A DNA stretch of 64,000 bases, taken from NCBI GenBank assembly GCA_030704615.1, contig CM060731.1, positions 10,788,001 to 10,852,000 on the forward strand. The letters run 5' to 3'. Below, piece by piece: positions 58,488 to 64,000 of this stretch. Both the position numbers and the translations under genes were made by a program. This stretch comes from Takakia lepidozioides (taxonomy: Eukaryota > Plantae > Bryophyta). Within the stretch, counting starts at the first letter, position 1. Each line of letters begins with the position of its first letter. A model generated the notes under the pieces. The model saw only the letters and a program-made list of their open reading frames with translations, ran no database searches and was not told the DNA's origin.

Positions 58488-61249
58488 TTTTAGAGGTAAT
58501 GCTCTTACTTTGACATGTGGTTACCCTTGAGTGATTAGCTAAATAGATCTCATGTAGTACTTACACGAACCAGTGGATTGAAACCAACAACCTCTTCTCA
58601 GCTAGTGTTGTTGATCTGTTTATACATGTGTGCATTCACGTGCAGGACATGCGATCATGATCTCTTGTAAGGAAGGAGGCAGAAGGTGTTGGGGCAGAAG
58701 GAGGCATGCTATGGACAATCAACGAGGAGGAAGGTGCTCGGTTTGTCACATTTTTGGATTCATATATGTGCAGTGGGTACTTGAGTACTTGGGCTACCGT
58801 TGAGAGATAAGATGCTTTGAACTCTCCACTTTTTTGTTGATCTGGAGGCACTGTACAGATTTGAAACAAACCATTGTCTTCCTATCATATTTTCCATCAT
58901 TTGTCGAATCTCTTTTTTACCCAATTGGCTCGTGACACCGTGTATTTGTGCAAAATGATATATTCTCATATTATAAATCACATATAAATGGTATTATATT
59001 TGAATACACGAGCCCAAGCCGTGACCGTTGACCGTGACCGTGGGAAGTCGTGGTGCGGACACCACAGGTGGGCACGGTGACCAAATTGTGGGAATGGCGG
59101 GCGGTGAAGGCTCGTGGGCATGGTACCACGGGGCAGCCCGTGGCCAACGAGCGCCTAGGGCGGACCGTGAGGAGTCGTGGCGGTTAGAGCCACGGAAGGC
59201 CGCGAACAAACAGAGTGAAATATATATAAATATATATATATATATCTTTTTTCACTCGTTTCGTGGACCTTGATGGGGAGGCTGGGCTCTGAAGAACAAT
59301 GGTTTTGAGCTAGCTGATCCGGCAGAAAAGTCGGCATTGCCTCCCTGTTGTGTTTTTACAAAGCTAGACATCGCTCTTCAATGAATTTTTGCAGAAGACA
59401 ATAAAATGCTAGGTACTTTGACCAAACTAAGATAGAGTAGCATCACTATATCATTGTACAACTACAAGAATCCAATCAAAGCACTAAAAACAAATTTAAA
59501 AAAACAACTATTGCACCTAGTTTCGTTTGCCTTCGGGCTTGCATGGGCTTTTGTGTTCATGTTCATATTATAGACAATAATCTTGGCCAGTTTGGGAAGG
59601 TAAGGCAACCTGACACTGCTGGAAGAGTCAATCCGTGGGGCCATGGGAAGCTTGGAGAGGGTGCAAACACCTGTACACCTAGGCTAGCGTAGAAGTAGGA
59701 GGGTCGATGGGAGGTAGACAATTGTACGGTTTTTGTGGGCCCAAGACATGCGCCGAAGACACTTGTCGTTCTCCTTCTACTTCTAGAGCTTTCCAGAAGC
59801 AGTGGGATGAGGCGGTGGGCCCCCTTCTAGAAGGCTCCACCACCCCTCCAATGACTATATAAGAAGGGTAAAGGGTATACATTTTATTAGGTTTCTTCCG
59901 CCTCCCTTTGGTGGGCTCTGCAAGCAGGGCCCTCTTAGAAAATAAAAATTTGGAACTTGAACCATCATCTAATTAAAAACTCTATTACTATAGCACTGAT
60001 TCAATATGTGAACCCAAGTTTCATTTCAAGGAAAATCAGCCAGTGAGAAGCTGGCACGACGAAGTGGGGGGGCTAGTGGAAAAGCAAGCAAAGGACATGC
60101 AGCCGCGAGAGAAGATGGGTGGGCCCGTGCTGCAGCCACGGGCACACAGAGTCGACGAGAGAGCAGACTCCAGGAGAGAGCCAGAATGATACTGACGCAA
60201 CGGACAAGGATTCGGGGAGATAGGTCGAAGATATAGACATAGGATGGAGCTGGAGGAAAGTCGGGCGCGTAGCAAAACGACCTACGACAGAGCCATCGAG
60301 TTGTGACAAAGGCAGCCTGCAAACAACTTCTGACAAAACCGTGATAGCAACCAGCTGTGAGAATGGCACAAAGATTCGAAAATGTTCACAGGCTCCTCGC
60401 AAATTACTTTGAAGGATCGATCATATACCGTCAACAATCTGTCAGCAGACCTGTTTGCGGGGATGTAGGAAATGGAAGGTTGCTGGCAAGATACTCAAGT
60501 CTTTCGCCGGTATGCTACATGGGCTTGGTCTCTTTCAAGAGGTATTGTAATGATCTCTCTCCATGCAATGTAAGTTGTTTTCTTTGTATTCATATCTTTG
60601 TGCCTCTGAATTCACTATAACGATTTTATGTAAACAAAATAATGGTTAGTATTAATTTGATTCAATTTTGCTTCAAGAAACATGTCTTAGTCTCAACATA
60701 GTGGGCCACGTTGAGACATAAGACAAATGAGGTTGGATTCTTTATGTTCATGGTCCGCATCTTCAAATGGGTGTCCAATGGAAGTTTTTTATGAATCCAT
60801 AAGAACCAATTGCACAATGAATTTGAGTTCCCCTCTAGCACGTTATGCAATAGGGTTCTTACTCTAGTAGAAAAAGAGGTTCAAGTTGATGTTGCATAAG
60901 AAGGTAGGGTGTGTGTTAAAAGAAAATTCAGGGGGACAACTCAAACCGAGGAAACGAATCGTCCGCACTTCATCGACCTCGCCTTTGGGCTTGTGATAGA
61001 GTGAGTGACAACATTTAAAAATGATATGTTGGATTTGTGTACTCTAGGATAAGGAAATTCTAACTCCTCCAAAAACTTCATAAGCTTTCCTTGGTACATG
61101 ATCACCTACACATGTTCCCATATCATCTCAAGTATATGTATTTGATGGAATCCATGTATCTTAAACATATCTATGATTAAATTACCCACAAACATATGGG
61201 CCATATGATCGACAACTAGATGTCATATTTGGTCCATGATTCCACAAAA

Positions 61250-62700
61250 GTGAATCTTTATAAGTTGCTGACAAGTATTACCAATGTTGTTGTAGCTACG
61301 AAAGATCTCCCCATGATGGAACAAGTACCTTCATAGTTGTTTGTCATATTCCTCATTCTCATTGTTTTGATTTGGTGGTTAAGTTTCAACAGTCATACTA
61401 TATACATGTGCAAGTTAGAATTTCCACTTCATATATAAGATAGGCATGGGAAAATTCCAAGTCTATGCTTCATAGAGGTGGGAAAATGATGTTCACAAGA
61501 TACGACGGTTGATGCAGCTTTGGAATTTTTGCACGCCATGTCTTCATGATCTTCTGATGGAAGCTCATTTTTTAAAAACATTTTTACTAGTGGTTGATGA
61601 ATCCGCAGATCTGACTTGGAGCAAGATTTGATTGTTTATGTAAGTTATGTATCTAAAGCTAAGGAAAGCCCTGCTGTTCCCAAGTTTGCGAAGCTTATGC
61701 TTCTTGAAAAAGGAACATGAGAAGTTATGTATGAGTGCATGAATGTAGTTTGATCCAAAAGATGCATTGGGAGAAGACACAACTAGTAGCTATGGGCGCC
61801 ACTAATGGAGTTTTTTCTATGATAGCTATGAAGCAGGGTTTAGTTATACAATTGAGATGATGTTCCTGATCATCTTTTTGGAGTTCATTGCATAGTATAT
61901 AATGTCAGATAGTTGGAAGATGATGGGGCAGTTGTTGAATTCCAAAAACTGGGGCTGAAATGATTCGCTACTGTACATTTGCTTGATAAAACAACATTCT
62001 GCTGAATAACACAATCAATCGCCGCATGGGTCTCGTTGGACTCCCAAAACTAGTTGTCAAAGAAATGAGGAATAATTTGTGTCAATACTGCGTACGATTT
62101 TAAATGAGAAATGTCTGCTTCACTCATGGGGTTCTCTCCAGCAGTAAAAGAGCCTTGTCCACCAACTACTGCAAAAATCTCCTCCGCTTCCTAGACAATA
62201 ACCTCAGTACAATTTGCAGGTACAACAAGAGCACTAAAGGTTCAACACCAATAACATGTATTGCACCTTCTACCTTGATTATGCATTTCTGAGCTACAAC
62301 AAAAAGTCTTTGTGTGTGCTCAAATGCAGCAGACCAGCTGATATTATCCCAGTGATGATATATGTCAAGTTATTAACTGGTTGTCGTGTATATTTTGGAA
62401 ATGGTATCAATGTCAAATTTGTTATATGGTCCCAAATATGGCATGATCTATTTTTGATGTAATATGTTGCGAGTGTCCATAGTTGTTTCTAAAGGGGAAT
62501 GCAAATCCATGAGCGATGAGCAGAGAGAACATGAGCAAACTTTACGAACCTCACCCAAATAAAAAACCGAGTCAAAAAATGAGGTTTGATATTGGTTTGG
62601 ATAAGATTTGGAACAATCCCATCCCAAAATGTCCAAGAAAAGAGCCAAAACACACATAATTACAATGTACAACTCCTCCAACTGTGGAAACAAGGATTGG
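61250..62700 (+). mobile_element. Decayed hAT-family transposase fragment
   Basis: LVVDESADL / EQDLIVYVSYV (~61590-61655), ATNG..SM....GL...LR and HLFGVHCI (~61795-61895) correspond to the hAT DESTD, TDGA and HCxxH motifs. Many stops. Confidence 0.65.
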
Positions 62701-63223
62701 GTTAAAAAGTTATTCTAGCAACGACCGAAGGTCGAAAGCTAGTTTAGCATAGAGCAGATATAGGGTGCCATAGTGCCACGTCATCATCGCCACGTTTCGT
62801 CGTCGCCACATCATCGTAGCCACGTCATCTTCGTCATTTTGTTTGGAATCTGCCCGGACATCCCGAAAAAACCAAAAATGAGTTCTCGAGCTGTCTCAAG
62901 CTTCTCTGCGGATTTTCATGGAGGCCGCAATCGCAGGTGTGGCTTTTTCTTAATGCACGATGTGAAGTAGTTTGTCCATCCTGCACATGCGGGCTCTTGG
63001 CTCCTGTTAGTACCATGATTTTATATTCTTCCTGATTATGTTTACAAGGTTCTTGGGAGAGTCAGCTCGGTCTTAGCAGACCGTGTTTCAATCTATGCCT
63101 GCTCAGCTGCACTGTGGTGGTTCTCACAGACCAATCCAACATCACCTGACTACAAACACAAGCAGCACACAAGGGGTCCTTTTGGGTTGATGGTCAAATC
63201 CTCCATGGGTCATGCCACAAGGT

Positions 63224-63900
63224 CAAGGACAATGTGGTGAGGGCACCTTCTTCTTCGATCTATTTCAGCCTGTTTTGCCCTCTCATCAGACTCGGCCCTG
63301 AGATGCATATTGAATTTTCAAGGACAATGTGGTGATGGCACCTTCTTCTTCGACCTATTTTCAGCCTGTTTTTCCCTCTCATCAGACTCGGCCTTGAGGT
63401 GCATATTGAATTCTGTAAGTTAGCTCGTGTATCTGTGGTGGTTTGGAATGACTATGACAAGTAACTGCGGATGTGGCAACAGAAAAGTATCCAAAACAGA
63501 TCACGGGGATGAGGAGAAGCTTCAGTTTGTACACAGGCACGGATAGCTGAAGGACCAGGGGTAGAGGTCCAGATTCATCCAAGAGGGCCGGATTTCAAAC
63601 ACAAGATTACTTCTGATTCATGTGGATCCATAGCTACAAGAAATCTTCGTGGGTAGATGGTCAACTGGAAACAGCAGCGGTAGCTGCACAATTGATAGAA
63701 CAAGGCACTGCTAATGAAGGCACCTTTTTCAACACATTTCACCCTGTTTTTCCCTCTTGTCAGAATCGGCCCTAAATTTCCATGTTGAATTTTGCAAGTT
63801 AGCTGGTTGAGTGAATCTGGTTGGAGTGACTTTGACATGATACTGCCAATGTGACAACATGAAAGTATCCAAAAATAGGTAACAGAGATGAGGAGAAGGT
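63224..63900. repeat. Nested degenerate direct repeats (~95-bp unit x2, re-duplicated with ~380-bp period)
   Basis: GGCACCTT(C/T)TT..CCTGTTTT.CCCTCT..TCAGA.TCGGCC at ~63242, ~63337 and ~63719; AAAGTATCCAAAA..GATGAGGAGAAG at ~63484 and ~63862. Confidence 0.8.
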
Positions 63901-64000
63901 GTGGAATGAATATTTGTTGACCCCAGTCAATGGTGGGACAACCGAGGTAGCAAGTTGAATGCCTGTTAGATGACAGAGAGTAGCAGACACAATTCAGCAT

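Noticed and set aside
59010-59210. GC-rich patch resembling the CCACG/CGTGG-rich part of the gypsy LTR
   Set aside because: Only short word matches (e.g. GGACCGTGA.GAGTC) and no TG..CA ends; insufficient to call a solo LTR.
58480-60000. CACTA terminal inverted repeat (TAGTG at ~58603; ACTACAAGAA at ~59461)
   Set aside because: No matching partner end, subterminal repeats or 3-bp TSD, so element boundaries are left undefined.

Overview
Land-plant nuclear DNA: spliceosomal introns, a plant tRNA-Leu(AAG) and plant TE families. The TE types suggest a seed-free plant or bryophyte, which is inference. Two protein genes look intact: a 5-exon secreted DUF7705/AT2G47010-like gene (minus, 5802-9322) and a 3-exon secreted 12-Cys peptide gene with a 23-nt microexon (plus, 41979-43746). 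There is one tRNA gene and pseudogenes of a root-cap protein and of cytosolic valyl-tRNA synthetase. TE relics include a Ty3/gypsy 5' end with LTR and PBS, two LINE relics, a MULE derivative, a CACTA element whose TnpA-like gene carries an FCP1/NIF phosphatase domain, hAT and a Crypton-like fragment. The two most notable observations: (1) a decayed bacterial-type MNT nucleotidyltransferase + HEPN (MntA/HepT-like toxin-antitoxin) fusion ORF at 48827-49894, nested on the same strand in an intron of the ValRS pseudogene; (2) two decayed copies of an intron-containing PD-(D/E)xK nuclease gene resembling fungal Crinkler-type/Uma2-like nucleases, one split by a reconstructable 1.64-kb inversion. All family assignments come from manual translation and motif recall; no searches were run.
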